Notes: generated by a model not told the origin, from the letters alone. Shown: positions 29,211-39,450, numbered from the stretch's first letter. The stretch is 64,000 nt of DNA from Verrucomicrobiota bacterium (GCA_028343615.1 JAOLZA010000002.1:1515-65514); one strand, 5' to 3'. A program made the numbers and translations.

Positions 29211-29238
29211 TTTACGCCATCGCCCGTATCGCTACGCT
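29211..29238 (+). promoter_or_regulatory. Sigma70-like leaderless promoter
   Basis: TTTACG-16 nt-TACGCT-6 nt-ATG(29245). Confidence 0.45.
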
Positions 29239-29244
29239 GCCGGG

Positions 29245-30756
29245 ATGTGCTTCCTCATTTCGCCCTCACGGGTTCTCATTCTGTGCATTGGTTTTCTGAT
29301 TGCCGGGAATGCTAATGCCGCCGCGCTGTTGGCCGGAGCCGCCAAAGTGGACATTACTGATGAAAGAGGCCCAGTCAACGACCGTCTCTTCGCGCGGGCG
29401 TTGGTTTTGAAAAGCGGCGACACAACCGCCGCGCTGGTCACCATCGATGCCGTGGCCATCGGCGGGATCGGGCGCATCAAGGATGATTTTTTGCCAAACG
29501 TCCGCGCGAAGCTGCAAAAGGAACTAGGCATCGCGCCGAGCAACACACTATTCAACGCCAGCCATTGTCATGGCTTGGTGCATCCGGAAGTGGAGGCGCG
29601 CACCATGCAGGCGTTGAAAACTGCAATGAAAAACCTCGTGCCCGTGAAGACTGGCGCAGGCGTGGGGCGCGAGACGCGCATCATGGAAAACCGGCGGCTC
29701 GTTTTGAAGAGCGGCAAAGTGGTGGACGTGCGTCACGCTTACTCGTTGCCGCCCGATGAATTGGTCGCCGCCGTTGGTCCTGTGGACACAGAAATTGGAG
29801 TGCTACGCCTCGACCGCCTCAATGGCAAACCGCTGGCCATCGTTTACAATTTTGCCTGCCATCCCATTCAAAACGTTCCCAGCGGTGGCAACACCGCCGA
29901 CATCACCGGTTTTTCGTCAAAGACCATCGAGGAAAATCTGGGCAAGGATTGCATCGCGCTTTTCGTCCAGGGCTGCGGCGGCGACATCAACCCCATCAAC
30001 TATAAAGCCGTCAACCATCTCCGCAGCGCCGAGCCTCTAGGTCTCATGCTCGGGCTGAGTACGCTACGCGCCGTTCGGAAAATCAAAAGCCAAGCTGGCC
30101 AGCCCTTGGTCGTTCACAGCAAAAAACTTAAACTCCCCCGCGCCGACCACACTAAGCGCATCGCTGCTATGGAAGCCGAACGCAAAACATTGGCCGACTC
30201 GCTCAACGGAACGTTTTTGAATCTAAACACCTTCCTGCCACTCGCCGCGAAGTACGGTCTCGCGGCCGATTTTCCCTCACTCAATTCCTATCGCTATCTG
30301 CATGAGCGAAAAATGGGTCGTACCGGCCTCGAAAAAATGGACGCCAAAAACCGAGCCAACCTACAATCTTACATCCGGAACGTTCACACGATGGAACAAA
30401 TCACTCGCCTCAACACCAACCTGCGATTGCTTGAGAACCATCAAAAGAACGGCTATGATTCCGGCAACAAAACCATCGAAGCCGAGGTCGCTGGTCTACG
30501 TGTGGGCGATTTTGTGATAGTGACTTTCCCCGGCGAGTTGACCGTGCCCATCGGCCTCAACATCAAAAAGGCTTCCCCCCACGACCTTACCTTCATCGCC
30601 GGCTATACAAATGGCTATATCTACTATGCTCCCACCGCCCAACAGATGAAAAACACTGGCGGTGCCCAGGAAGACAGCGACTGCCTTCTGGCACCGGAGT
30701 GGCAGAAAATCTACGAGGCCAAGGCCGGTGAGATTGTGCGCGGGCTTTTGAAATAA
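29245..30756 (+). CDS. Secreted neutral/alkaline ceramidase-like metallohydrolase
   Basis: Signal peptide; AGAAKVDIT, NASHCHG, YNFACHP, QGCGGDINP, TFPGE, GYTNGYIYY. Confidence 0.75.
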   Translation: MCFLISPSRVLILCIGFLIAGNANAAALLAGAAKVDITDERGPVNDRLFARALVLKSGDTTAALVTIDAVAIGGIGRIKDDFLPNVRAKLQKELGIAPSNTLFNASHCHGLVHPEVEARTMQALKTAMKNLVPVKTGAGVGRETRIMENRRLVLKSGKVVDVRHAYSLPPDELVAAVGPVDTEIGVLRLDRLNGKPLAIVYNFACHPIQNVPSGGNTADITGFSSKTIEENLGKDCIALFVQGCGGDINPINYKAVNHLRSAEPLGLMLGLSTLRAVRKIKSQAGQPLVVHSKKLKLPRADHTKRIAAMEAERKTLADSLNGTFLNLNTFLPLAAKYGLAADFPSLNSYRYLHERKMGRTGLEKMDAKNRANLQSYIRNVHTMEQITRLNTNLRLLENHQKNGYDSGNKTIEAEVAGLRVGDFVIVTFPGELTVPIGLNIKKASPHDLTFIAGYTNGYIYYAPTAQQMKNTGGAQEDSDCLLAPEWQKIYEAKAGEIVRGLLK

Positions 30757-30762
30757 TTTCCG

Positions 30763-30790
30763 TTGCAGTACGCGTCCTGCGGTTTATAGT
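30763..30790 (+). promoter_or_regulatory. Sigma70-like leaderless promoter
   Basis: TTGCAG-16 nt-TATAGT-6 nt-ATG(30797). Confidence 0.55.
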
Positions 30791-30796
30791 TAGCAC

Positions 30797-31423
30797 ATGA
30801 AAGTATTCCTATTTGCTCTGATAATTTGTGTCGTACCTACGAGCGGCGCGGAACGGGGATACACCTCTCTCTTCAATGGTAAAAACCTCGACGGTTGGCA
30901 AGGCATGGGTGGGTCGACTACCAACTGGGCGGCCAAGGGCGGTATGCTCTCCTGCACTGGACAAAAGGGGTCACAATGGATTGCCACAAAAAAGGAATAC
31001 GCCAACTTTGACCTTCGATTGGAGTTTAACATCCCTAAAAACGGCAACAGCGGCGTGTTCATTCGCGCGCCCAAGGAAGGAGCGCCATGGGTGGCAGGAA
31101 TGGAAATCCAGGTGCTCGACGATCATGGCGATAAGTGGAAGAACCTAAAGCCTGCGCAGTTCACCGGATCCATTTACGCTGTGCAAGCGCCGGGAAAGCG
31201 CGTGACAAAAAAGGCTGGCGAATGGCAGGCCATGCGCATCGTTTGTCAGGGCGCCAAGTGCGATGTTTGGATCAATGGCGAGCACGGGGTGAAGGGGGAT
31301 TTGGCAAAATTGGCAGAGACTCACACCCACCCCGGCCTTAAGCGCAAGTCAGGATTCATCGGCCTACAGAACCACGCTTCGCCAGTCCATTTCCGGAACA
31401 TCCAAATTAAAGTTCTCAAATAA
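30797..31423 (+). CDS. DUF1080 (3-keto-disaccharide hydrolase family) protein
   Basis: LFNGKNLDGW, GNSGVFIR, EIQVLD, GFIGLQNH, VHFRNIQIK. Confidence 0.92.
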   Translation: MKVFLFALIICVVPTSGAERGYTSLFNGKNLDGWQGMGGSTTNWAAKGGMLSCTGQKGSQWIATKKEYANFDLRLEFNIPKNGNSGVFIRAPKEGAPWVAGMEIQVLDDHGDKWKNLKPAQFTGSIYAVQAPGKRVTKKAGEWQAMRIVCQGAKCDVWINGEHGVKGDLAKLAETHTHPGLKRKSGFIGLQNHASPVHFRNIQIKVLK

Positions 31424-31432
31424 GTTTGGCCC

Positions 31433-33865
31433 ATGAATAGGAAATCTTTTAGCAGTGTCATTGTAGTTGCGGCATGGCTTCCTCTTCTTGGGGAAGCAGC
31501 AGACAAGGCATTTCAAAAAGACGTGGAGCCGTTGTTTAAAAAGTATTGTGTTCATTGTCACGGGCCGGAGAAACAAAAAGGACGGATCAGTCTGGATGGG
31601 TTAAACGCGAAAATGGACACACCGTTGTGGCGAAAGGCATATTCGCAGTTAAAGAAGGGTGAAATGCCCCCAAAAAATGAGGCGCAGCCTTCGCCACGAG
31701 AACGGGAGCTGATGGCCGGCTGGCTGGGCTCGGTGCTGAAGAAGGCTGGAGCTGTCCGCAACGGGGTTATCTTTCGCCGGTTGAACCGGCATGAGTACAA
31801 TAACACACTGAATGCCCTCTTCGGGATTGTACTGGACATTGAAGGGATGCTCCCGCCCGAGCGCGTGTCCGCAGACGGGTTTCTCAACAACGGGAGTGAA
31901 CTGATCATGTCACCACTACATTTTGAATATTACCTGAAAATTGCTCGGCACTTTGTGGATAAGGCGATTGTGATAGGGGAGCGCCCTGAGCGAACCGGAT
32001 TTCAGGCTAGTTTCACCGGGAACGCACGTCTGGTGGGGCGATACCTTGACGGCCGGCCTGGGAAACCAGATGCAAGTTCAACGGTTCGAAAACGGACGGG
32101 GGATGGGACGAAGTATCGCCCGCGCTCAGTTGTGCTGCCGCCGGCCATCCGTGCTAAGGGGGTGCAAATCGAGGCGCGGCAGGGGGCTAAGCCAATGCTG
32201 GAGATCCGATTGAAGGAATTCCCAGACGAGGGCGCTTTTCGTATCCGAGTGAAAGCCTCTTCACTGGGTAAAAAAAGTGGGCATCACCCCTGGCTCGGTG
32301 TGATGTTTGGCAATCATTTGGATGACGGCATTGAGCTGAAGCAGATCGGTTTGCTGAAGGAGGTCACCACGTCATCCAGCCGACCGGAGACATTTGAGTT
32401 TCATGGCCGCATGGAAAACCTGCCTCTACCGTTTAGGGAAAAAAACTTGGGCCTTCAGGGCGACCTGAACAAGGCCTCGATTTGTATCAAGAATGCCTTC
32501 GAGCCGGATGAAAAGGGATCCGGGCCTTTGCTGGAGATTCATTCCGTGGAATTCGAGGTACCCTTCAGTGAGCAGTGGCCGCCCAAGTCGCACAGGTCCA
32601 TTTTCATCAATTCCAGGAATCGCGAAAATGAGCCGGTGTATGCGCGGGAAATCTTCACTCACTTCCTACGGCAGGCATATCGCAGGCCTCCCGAAGAACG
32701 CGAGGTGAAGGGGATGATGGCACTATGGAAATCAGCACGCGCGGTGGCCGGGAAAGAGGCCTTCGAAAAGTCAATCAGGGATGTGTTGCCGGCCGCGCTG
32801 GTGGCACCGGCATTCCTGTATCTCGTGGAACCTTCCGCCGCATCCGAGTCGCGCAAACTTAACAATCATGAGTTGGCATCTAGGTTGTCCTATTTCCTTT
32901 GGAGTGCGATGCCGGACGCCGCACTCAATCAGCTGGCAGACCAGGGAAAGTTGGATGAATCCGCCCTCCCAGCCCAGGCGCGCCGCCTGCTGGCGGATGT
33001 CAGATCCAGTCAATTTGTCGAGAACTTCACCAGCCAGTGGCTCGATTTGGGCGCGCTCGAACGCGTGGCTGTGGATCGGAAGCAGCACCCAACTTATCAG
33101 CCTTACCTGCGCAAAGCCATGCGTGCGGAAACGTATGGATTCTTTGCGGAGATCCTTCACGATGACCTGTCTGCACTGAATCTAATCGACTCTAGCTTTG
33201 TTTATATAAACCCGCTGCTGGCAAGACACTATGGAATCCAGAGAGTGCGCGGCGCTCAGTTTCGGCGCGTGGAGGTGCGGCCGGAGGATCACCGGGGCGG
33301 GTTGCTTACTCAGAGCTCGTTCCTCACAGGCCATTCCAGCGGGTTGGATTCCCATCCAATCAAGCGCGGCAATTGGCTACTGAGCCGCCTCTTAAACGAT
33401 CCACCCCCACCCCCCCCACCGAATGTGCCGGAGTTGAACCGAGGCAACCCGGCTGTTGCGCCACTGTCGGTCAGGGAACAGTTGAAGCAGCACAGTGACC
33501 GCGAAGACTGTCGGGGGTGCCATGAAAAAATGGATCCATTTGGCATTTCATTGGAGAACTATAACGCCGTGGGCCAGTGGCGGGATGCTCGCGGCGGACG
33601 AAAGGTGGATGCGGAGGCAACATTTTCCGATGGTACCAGGCTCGATGGTGTGGTGGGGCTTAAGCAGTTTTTGCTGCAAAAACGCCGCGATCAATTCGCT
33701 CGGGCACTTGTCAGTAAATTACTGGCCTACGCTCTCGGCCGCTCACTGACTATTGACGATGAACCCATCGTGAGGCAACTTGTGGTGGTCTTTGGTAAAA
33801 ACGGCTACCGGATAAAGTCCCTGATTGAAGCAATCGTGGTCAGCGAGCCATTCAGGACAAAATAA
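31433..33865 (+). CDS. DUF1592/DUF1588/DUF1587/DUF1585/DUF1595 planctomycete cytochrome c protein
   Basis: CVHCH and CRGCH heme motifs, RRLNRHEYNNT, ELASRLSYFLW, HPIKRG, PPPPPP. Confidence 0.92.
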   Translation: MNRKSFSSVIVVAAWLPLLGEAADKAFQKDVEPLFKKYCVHCHGPEKQKGRISLDGLNAKMDTPLWRKAYSQLKKGEMPPKNEAQPSPRERELMAGWLGSVLKKAGAVRNGVIFRRLNRHEYNNTLNALFGIVLDIEGMLPPERVSADGFLNNGSELIMSPLHFEYYLKIARHFVDKAIVIGERPERTGFQASFTGNARLVGRYLDGRPGKPDASSTVRKRTGDGTKYRPRSVVLPPAIRAKGVQIEARQGAKPMLEIRLKEFPDEGAFRIRVKASSLGKKSGHHPWLGVMFGNHLDDGIELKQIGLLKEVTTSSSRPETFEFHGRMENLPLPFREKNLGLQGDLNKASICIKNAFEPDEKGSGPLLEIHSVEFEVPFSEQWPPKSHRSIFINSRNRENEPVYAREIFTHFLRQAYRRPPEEREVKGMMALWKSARAVAGKEAFEKSIRDVLPAALVAPAFLYLVEPSAASESRKLNNHELASRLSYFLWSAMPDAALNQLADQGKLDESALPAQARRLLADVRSSQFVENFTSQWLDLGALERVAVDRKQHPTYQPYLRKAMRAETYGFFAEILHDDLSALNLIDSSFVYINPLLARHYGIQRVRGAQFRRVEVRPEDHRGGLLTQSSFLTGHSSGLDSHPIKRGNWLLSRLLNDPPPPPPPNVPELNRGNPAVAPLSVREQLKQHSDREDCRGCHEKMDPFGISLENYNAVGQWRDARGGRKVDAEATFSDGTRLDGVVGLKQFLLQKRRDQFARALVSKLLAYALGRSLTIDDEPIVRQLVVVFGKNGYRIKSLIEAIVVSEPFRTK

Positions 33866-33873
33866 GGAAACAC

Positions 33874-35211
33874 ATGTCCCGAAAATCCTGGCATCTGAAC
33901 CGGCGTACATTTCTTCGTGGCACCGGTGTGGCGCTGGCCCTGCCCATGCTTGAATGCATGGGCAAGTCGGCCGGCACCCGGCCCAAGAGCACGCCGCCAC
34001 GCCTTTGCTGCGTATTTTTTGCTAACGGCGTAAGCCTGCCGCCGGTGGGCCATGCGGACCATAAAAAGTGGAATTGGTTCCCCCTGGGTGAAGGTGCGAA
34101 TTATCGCCTCACCCAAACCCTCAAGCCGTTGGAGCCATTTCGGCAGGACATGACCATTCTGGGAGGCCTCTCCCATCCACTGGGCCGCCTGCTGGTGGGT
34201 CACGCCACGGCGGACATTTGGCTGACCGGCGGCGATGTGCGAGGCAGCGAATACCGGAACTCTATTTCATTCGACCAGCGCGTGGCGCGCGAACAAGGAA
34301 AACACACACGCTTTCCCTCGCTGGTTCTTTCCAGCAACGGCGGGGTGGGATATAAAACCCGAACCACCACGGTTTCATTCAACCGGTCAGGCGAGGCCAT
34401 CCCCGCTGAATCCAATCCGCGGCAGATTTTCGAGCGACTATTTAGTGGCGGCGGCACAGCTTCCCTACGTGCGCGTAAACGGCAGCTGCAACAAGATCTG
34501 CGGATAGTGGATTTGGTGCTGGAAGATTCACGAAACCTCAAACGCCGACTAGGCCACCATGACCAACAGAAACTCGAGGAATACCTGGAGGCGGTACATG
34601 AAATCGAGCGGCGCCTCGAGCGCACAGAAGCGTGGCTAGCCGCGCCACGACCCGCGGTGGATCCGGGTCAACTCAACCTCAAGGTCAGCCAGAATTCGCC
34701 CCGCGACTATATCCGCACCTTGTATGACCTCATTTTCCTAGCCTTCCAAACCGACACCACCCGAGTGGCCACCTATCAGATTTCACAGGAGGATGGCAAA
34801 GGGGTAGCCGACCGTTTCCCCACCATCGCGCTCAAACTCAAAGGGCATCACGGACTTTCGCACGACCACCATACCCCGGGTGGATTTGAGCGTTGGGCCC
34901 AGTTCGATCGATTCCTTGCCGAACAGCACGCCTATTTCCTGCGCCGACTTCAATCCGTGCATGAGGCTGAAGGCAGCATGCTTGATAACACCATGGTACT
35001 CTTTGGTAGCGCAACCAGCACCACGCATGATGCGCGCAACTACCCTCTGGTACTAGCCGGCGGCCGAGCTCTTGGGTTGAAACACGGGAAATATCTCACG
35101 TATACCGAGCAAATCCCGCTGGCCAACATGTATGTCTCCATGCTCCAGAAACTGGGAGTAGAAACCGGGCGGTTTGCCGACAGCACAGGAACACTCAACG
35201 GCTTAACCTAG
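33874..35211 (+). CDS. DUF1552 family protein (Tat signal)
   Basis: LNRRTFLRGTGVALALPMLE, NPRQIFERLF, HHGLSH, MLDNTMVLFGS. Confidence 0.92.
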   Translation: MSRKSWHLNRRTFLRGTGVALALPMLECMGKSAGTRPKSTPPRLCCVFFANGVSLPPVGHADHKKWNWFPLGEGANYRLTQTLKPLEPFRQDMTILGGLSHPLGRLLVGHATADIWLTGGDVRGSEYRNSISFDQRVAREQGKHTRFPSLVLSSNGGVGYKTRTTTVSFNRSGEAIPAESNPRQIFERLFSGGGTASLRARKRQLQQDLRIVDLVLEDSRNLKRRLGHHDQQKLEEYLEAVHEIERRLERTEAWLAAPRPAVDPGQLNLKVSQNSPRDYIRTLYDLIFLAFQTDTTRVATYQISQEDGKGVADRFPTIALKLKGHHGLSHDHHTPGGFERWAQFDRFLAEQHAYFLRRLQSVHEAEGSMLDNTMVLFGSATSTTHDARNYPLVLAGGRALGLKHGKYLTYTEQIPLANMYVSMLQKLGVETGRFADSTGTLNGLT

Positions 35212-35221
35212 CCTTTTCAAC

Positions 35222-35249
35222 TTTACGAGTTGAGCCGTGGCGATAAACT
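35222..35249 (+). promoter_or_regulatory. Sigma70-like leaderless promoter
   Basis: TTTACG-16 nt-TAAACT-6 nt-ATG(35256). Confidence 0.5.
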
Positions 35250-35255
35250 AGCCGC

Positions 35256-36116
35256 ATGAAGTGGGCCAGCATCATGCTGTTGAGTACCCTAGCCGCCGTT
35301 GCGGCCCCCGACATCCGATCCTTTCAGCCAGATCTCATCGTGCCCGCCTTATCCACCGGGAAGCCGGCGGCCGGAGTGCGTGTGAAGCAGACGCATCCGG
35401 CTTGGGCGAAGACTTTCGCTTATCACACACTCTATTTGCCCAAAGACTGGCGGCCGGGAAAATCGTATCCTGTTCTCATTGAGTTTGCAGGAAACGGCCC
35501 ATATAAGAACAGGTTCGGTGATGTGAGCACCGGCAAACCAGAGGGCAGCAAAATGGGTTTCGGTATTTCCGGCGGCACAGGGTTTATCTGGGTTTGCGTC
35601 CCTTACTTGAACAACGCCGGAAATAAAAACGTGACCCAATGGTGGGGCGACATGCCAAAATATAACCCTCAACCTACGCTGGAATATTGTAAGAAAGTGG
35701 TTCCTTGGGTCTGTAAAAACTATGGAGGTGACATCAAAAGCGTGGTGCTTTGTGGCTTTTCGCGTGGAGCGATTGCCTGTAATTATTTAGGTTTATATGA
35801 TGATGATATTTCCAGGTTGTGGAGAGCTTTTATTCCGTACAGCCATTATGATGGAGTCAGGCGGTGGCCTTATCCGGTTTCAGATCAGGAATCGGCTAAG
35901 AGACGTTTACAAAGGCTGGCTGGCCGGCCTCAGTTCATATGCCATGAAGGCACGGGCGTCAGTGGGACGCAAAAATTTCTGGATAGAGCCAAAATAAATG
36001 GAAAATTCACCTTTCAAGCAACGGGTTTTCGCAATCATAATGATGCTTGGCTCCTTCGTCCTAGTTCCGCCCGCGCCGCTCTGCGGGTGTGGTTGAAGGC
36101 GGCTTTGGTCAATTAG
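35256..36116 (+). CDS. Secreted alpha/beta-hydrolase-fold protein
   Basis: Signal peptide; LYLPKDW...YPVLIE and GFSRGA nucleophile elbow. Confidence 0.78.
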   Translation: MKWASIMLLSTLAAVAAPDIRSFQPDLIVPALSTGKPAAGVRVKQTHPAWAKTFAYHTLYLPKDWRPGKSYPVLIEFAGNGPYKNRFGDVSTGKPEGSKMGFGISGGTGFIWVCVPYLNNAGNKNVTQWWGDMPKYNPQPTLEYCKKVVPWVCKNYGGDIKSVVLCGFSRGAIACNYLGLYDDDISRLWRAFIPYSHYDGVRRWPYPVSDQESAKRRLQRLAGRPQFICHEGTGVSGTQKFLDRAKINGKFTFQATGFRNHNDAWLLRPSSARAALRVWLKAALVN

Positions 36117-36119
36117 CCG

Positions 36120-36148
36120 TTGCAAGACATTAGCGATTAATGTAGGCT
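36120..36148 (+). promoter_or_regulatory. Sigma70-like promoter, leaderless or near-leaderless
   Basis: TTGCAA-17 nt-TAGGCT-8 nt-ATG(36157). Confidence 0.6.
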
Positions 36149-36156
36149 AATCGGCC

Positions 36157-37092
36157 ATGAAACCCCTTAATCGTTTCCCCGTTCGCATGGCGTTAGCCGT
36201 CATGATTTCTACGCTTTTCGTGAGCACCGCCGTTGCCGAGGAAGGCTGGCTGGTCGATTTCGAAAAAGCCAAAGCCCATGCCGCCAAGGAAGGAAAACCC
36301 ATCCTAATGGAATTCACTGGCTCGGATTGGTGTCCGCCCTGCAAAGCGTTGCACAAAAATGTTTTGGCTAAAGAAATTTTTAAAGAAGAAATGCCCAAGC
36401 ATTACATTCTGTTGAAACTCGATAATCCGCGCGACAAGTCCAAGCAAACCGACGCTGAGCAGGCCCAGTATAAAGAGCTTGCCCGCGAATACAAAGTAAC
36501 TGGCGTGCCGTCGGTGTTTCTGGCTGATGCGGATGGCAACCCGTTCTTTAAGAGCTCAGGTTACAGCGGCCAATCGGCTGACGAATGGGTGGAGCAAATG
36601 GTCGGCAAATCCGGCATTCCCAAGGCACTGGCCAAGGCGGAAAAGGCCAAGGGCATCGAACGTGCCAAACTACTCGACACCGCGCTGACGATGATGGGCT
36701 CAAAATTCGCCAACGAAAGCCACGGTGAAAAGATTGATGAAATCATTAATCTCGATGCGGAGAACAAAGCTGGCCTCAAAGTAAAATACGAAGGCGCACG
36801 CAAGGCTGCGCAGTTCAAGGAAACTCTCACACAGATCACGCGCGCCAACGGCGGTGCTAAGCCCGAGGCGCTTGCCGCCAAGATTGATGAACTCGTGAAA
36901 AAGGAAAAAGCCACGGGCGAATCCCTTCAACAGGCGTTGTTCGCCAAGTCCTCCATCATGTTCCAAGCCAAGAAAAAGGATGAGGCCGAGAAGCTCCTGC
37001 TCGAAGCACAGAAAGCCGCGCCCAACAGCGATACGGCCAAGCGCATTGACCAAATCCTGAAACAATTCTTCGGCAAGAAAAATTCTCTCTAG
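36157..37092 (+). CDS. Periplasmic thioredoxin-family protein with helical C-terminal domain
   Basis: Signal peptide; FTGSDWCPPC active site. Confidence 0.92.
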   Translation: MKPLNRFPVRMALAVMISTLFVSTAVAEEGWLVDFEKAKAHAAKEGKPILMEFTGSDWCPPCKALHKNVLAKEIFKEEMPKHYILLKLDNPRDKSKQTDAEQAQYKELAREYKVTGVPSVFLADADGNPFFKSSGYSGQSADEWVEQMVGKSGIPKALAKAEKAKGIERAKLLDTALTMMGSKFANESHGEKIDEIINLDAENKAGLKVKYEGARKAAQFKETLTQITRANGGAKPEALAAKIDELVKKEKATGESLQQALFAKSSIMFQAKKKDEAEKLLLEAQKAAPNSDTAKRIDQILKQFFGKKNSL

Positions 37093-37112
37093 CGCTGAAT
37101 TCAAATTCACCC

Positions 37113-37143
37113 AACGGGGCAGGGCAACCTGCCCCGTTTTTTT
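37113..37143 (+). terminator. Rho-independent terminator
   Basis: AACGGGGCAGG-GCAA-CCTGCCCCGTT followed by a T tract. Confidence 0.9.
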
Positions 37144-37214
37144 ATTGGCCTTTGTCAATAGTTCCCGCTTGCCGCGCGCATTCACATTCGCGACAACCTT
37201 CGTAGGAGGTGCTT

Positions 37215-37748
37215 ATGTGGAATCGAATTCAGGAATATACTCAGGAAAATATGCCCGACCTCATTCAGGTGTGGGGGCCGAAAATTTTAATGGCGGCGGG
37301 CCTGCTCTTTGTATTTTGGCTCGCCTCACGCATCGCCCGCAAAACCATCTTCGCCGCCGGCGACAAAGCCTCGCTCGAATACCCCGTGGTGCGCCTCATG
37401 GCCATGGCTGCGCGTGTCACATTACTCGTTGCCGGCCTCATCACCTCGCTCGGCACGTTGGGCGTGGATGTCTCCGCACTGGTGGCCGGCTTGGGCTTGA
37501 CCGGTTTTGCCCTCGGCTTCGCGGTCAAAGACACTATCTCTAACATTCTCGCCGGTGTGCTGCTGCTCGTCTACCGTCCCTTTTCTAAAACCGACCACGT
37601 GGAAGTCAAAGGCATGGAAGGCGAAGTCACCGGAATTGACCTGCGCTACACCACCCTGCAAAACGAAGGCCAAACAATTCTGCTCCCCAATTCCCTCCTT
37701 TTCACCAACCCTATCACCATCGGCAAACCCAAGAGCGAGGAAGGATAA
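37215..37748 (+). CDS. Short small-conductance mechanosensitive channel (MscS family)
   Basis: LVAGLGLTGFALGFAVKDTISNILAG, RPF, EGEVTGIDLRYT, LPNS; AGGAGG SD before ATG 37215. Confidence 0.9.
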   Translation: MWNRIQEYTQENMPDLIQVWGPKILMAAGLLFVFWLASRIARKTIFAAGDKASLEYPVVRLMAMAARVTLLVAGLITSLGTLGVDVSALVAGLGLTGFALGFAVKDTISNILAGVLLLVYRPFSKTDHVEVKGMEGEVTGIDLRYTTLQNEGQTILLPNSLLFTNPITIGKPKSEEG

Positions 37749-37753
37749 GCCGC
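37702..37753 (+). repeat. Direct repeat, left copy (3' end of the MscS gene)
   Basis: 46 of 52 nt identical to 39393-39444 by manual alignment. Confidence 0.8.
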
Positions 37754-37936
37754 GTTGAGCCCGTCAAGGCGGTTTCGGAGGAACCCTACCTGCAAAGCAT
37801 TCGCCGGTAATGGGTTTTATTTTTGCTGGGATCAATTCCTAGAACATATCCCACGCTTTTCCATACTATTCCAATTGGAATCTGTGGGTTCCTGGATTTC
37901 TTCGGATTAGGTTCAGAGAGTGGTCAGTGAAAAGTT

Positions 37937-37965
37937 TCGACTATCCAAGCGTCTGAACGTATAAT
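37937..37965 (+). promoter_or_regulatory. Sigma70-like promoter for the Gfo/Idh/MocA gene
   Basis: TCGACT-17 nt-TATAAT. Confidence 0.6.
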
Positions 37966-37988
37966 TAAGCTCTATTTGAAAAGAAGCT

Positions 37989-39350
37989 ATGATTAATCGC
38001 AGAGAAACATTGAAAGGAATGGCAGTCGGGACGACCGCAGCAGCGGTGTTCTCGATTGTGCCGAGCTACGTCGTTGGTGCCAGCAAAACCGAGAAGCCGC
38101 CAAGTGAAAAACTCAATATCGCGGGGATTGGTATCGGCGGCTTTGGGGGTAGCAACCTTCGGGGCTGTCGCAGCGAGAATATTGTTGCGCTCTGCGACGT
38201 CGACAGCAATCACGCCGGAAATGTGTTCAAGGCTTATCCCAAGGCAGCCCAGTATGCTGACTATCGGGTCATGCTTGAAAAACAAAAGGATATCGATGCA
38301 GTCGTAATCGCAACGCCGGACCACACGCATGCCGTCATCACGATGGACGCGATCCAGGCAGGCCAACACATCTATTGTCAGAAGCCCTTGACGCACACCG
38401 TGCACGAGGCTCGCACGATAACGGAGGCCGCCCGTAAATCGAAAGTTCAGACCCAGATGGGTAACCAAGGGCATTCCTCCGGAGCCATCCGCATGGTGCG
38501 TGAATGGGTCCAGTCCGGGTCGATTGGTGACGTTAAGGAAGTGCACGCCTGGACCGATCGCCCTGATAAGGGCCCGTGGTATGCAAACTTCGCGGCACGT
38601 GATCTGCCTAAGGATCATCCGCCCGCGCCGGATCATCTCAACTGGGATCTTTGGTTGGGGCCGGCTAAAGATCGCAAGTTTCACCCGGCGTATCACCCCT
38701 TTAAATGGCGCTCGTGGCTCGATTTCGGCACCGGCGCTCTGGGTGATATGGGGTGTCACATTCTGGACCCCGCCTGCTGGGCTCTCGACTTGATGAACCC
38801 CAGCAGCATCACCGCGGAGGTGAAGCACCACAAGCCGGAGCTGGCAGACATAGCGCACCCCATCGCATCGACCGTGACTTACGAATTTCCGCAGCGTGGC
38901 AAGCTCTGCCCGATGAAGCTGGTATGGCATGACGGCGTTTACACGGTACCAAGACCCAAGATGCTCGAAGAGGGTCGTAAGTTGCCGGCCAGCGGGGCGA
39001 TTATCTACGGCGAGAAAGAAACCATCATGCACGGCTCACACGGCGCCGGTGGCGCGCGTATCATCCCGGAAGAAAGGATGAAAAGCTTTGTGAGTCCTGC
39101 CGAAACAATCCCACGCGTCAAAGGTGGCCATGTAGGCGACTGGCTTCGGGCCTGCAAGGACGGCAACCCCGCCAGCTCAAACTTCGCCGACTACGGCGGG
39201 CAGCTTACCGAAATGGTGCTTCTCGGTGTCGCGGCCCAGCGCACACCCGGCGTGAAACTGAATTGGAACGCAGACAAGTTTGAGTTCGACAACAAGAACG
39301 CCAACGAGTTTCTGCACACGCCGTATCGAAAAGGCTGGTCGTTGGGCTGA
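37989..39350 (+). CDS. Tat-exported Gfo/Idh/MocA family oxidoreductase
   Basis: NRRETLK Tat motif; IAGIGIGG, IATPDHTHA, YCQKPL, QMGNQG, GALGDMGCH. Confidence 0.95.
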   Translation: MINRRETLKGMAVGTTAAAVFSIVPSYVVGASKTEKPPSEKLNIAGIGIGGFGGSNLRGCRSENIVALCDVDSNHAGNVFKAYPKAAQYADYRVMLEKQKDIDAVVIATPDHTHAVITMDAIQAGQHIYCQKPLTHTVHEARTITEAARKSKVQTQMGNQGHSSGAIRMVREWVQSGSIGDVKEVHAWTDRPDKGPWYANFAARDLPKDHPPAPDHLNWDLWLGPAKDRKFHPAYHPFKWRSWLDFGTGALGDMGCHILDPACWALDLMNPSSITAEVKHHKPELADIAHPIASTVTYEFPQRGKLCPMKLVWHDGVYTVPRPKMLEEGRKLPASGAIIYGEKETIMHGSHGAGGARIIPEERMKSFVSPAETIPRVKGGHVGDWLRACKDGNPASSNFADYGGQLTEMVLLGVAAQRTPGVKLNWNADKFEFDNKNANEFLHTPYRKGWSLG

Positions 39351-39392
39351 TCGGTCACGTCCCGAACCATCGGGAAATAATTGGGGACCTCC

Positions 39393-39444
39393 TCACCAAC
39401 CCCATCACCCTCGGCAAACCCAAGAGCGACGGAAGATAAACCGC
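39393..39444 (+). repeat. Direct repeat, right copy (duplicate of MscS 3' end)
   Basis: TCACCAACCCCATCACCCTCGGCAAACCCAAGAGCGACGGAAGATAAACCGC. Confidence 0.8.
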
Positions 39445-39450
39445 CCGAGT

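Noticed and set aside
33401-33421. Poly-C run as a phase-variation tract
   Set aside because: Encodes the PPPPPP motif conserved in DUF1588 domains, in frame
37965-39032. 355-aa minus-strand ORF
   Set aside because: Antisense shadow of the Gfo/Idh/MocA gene
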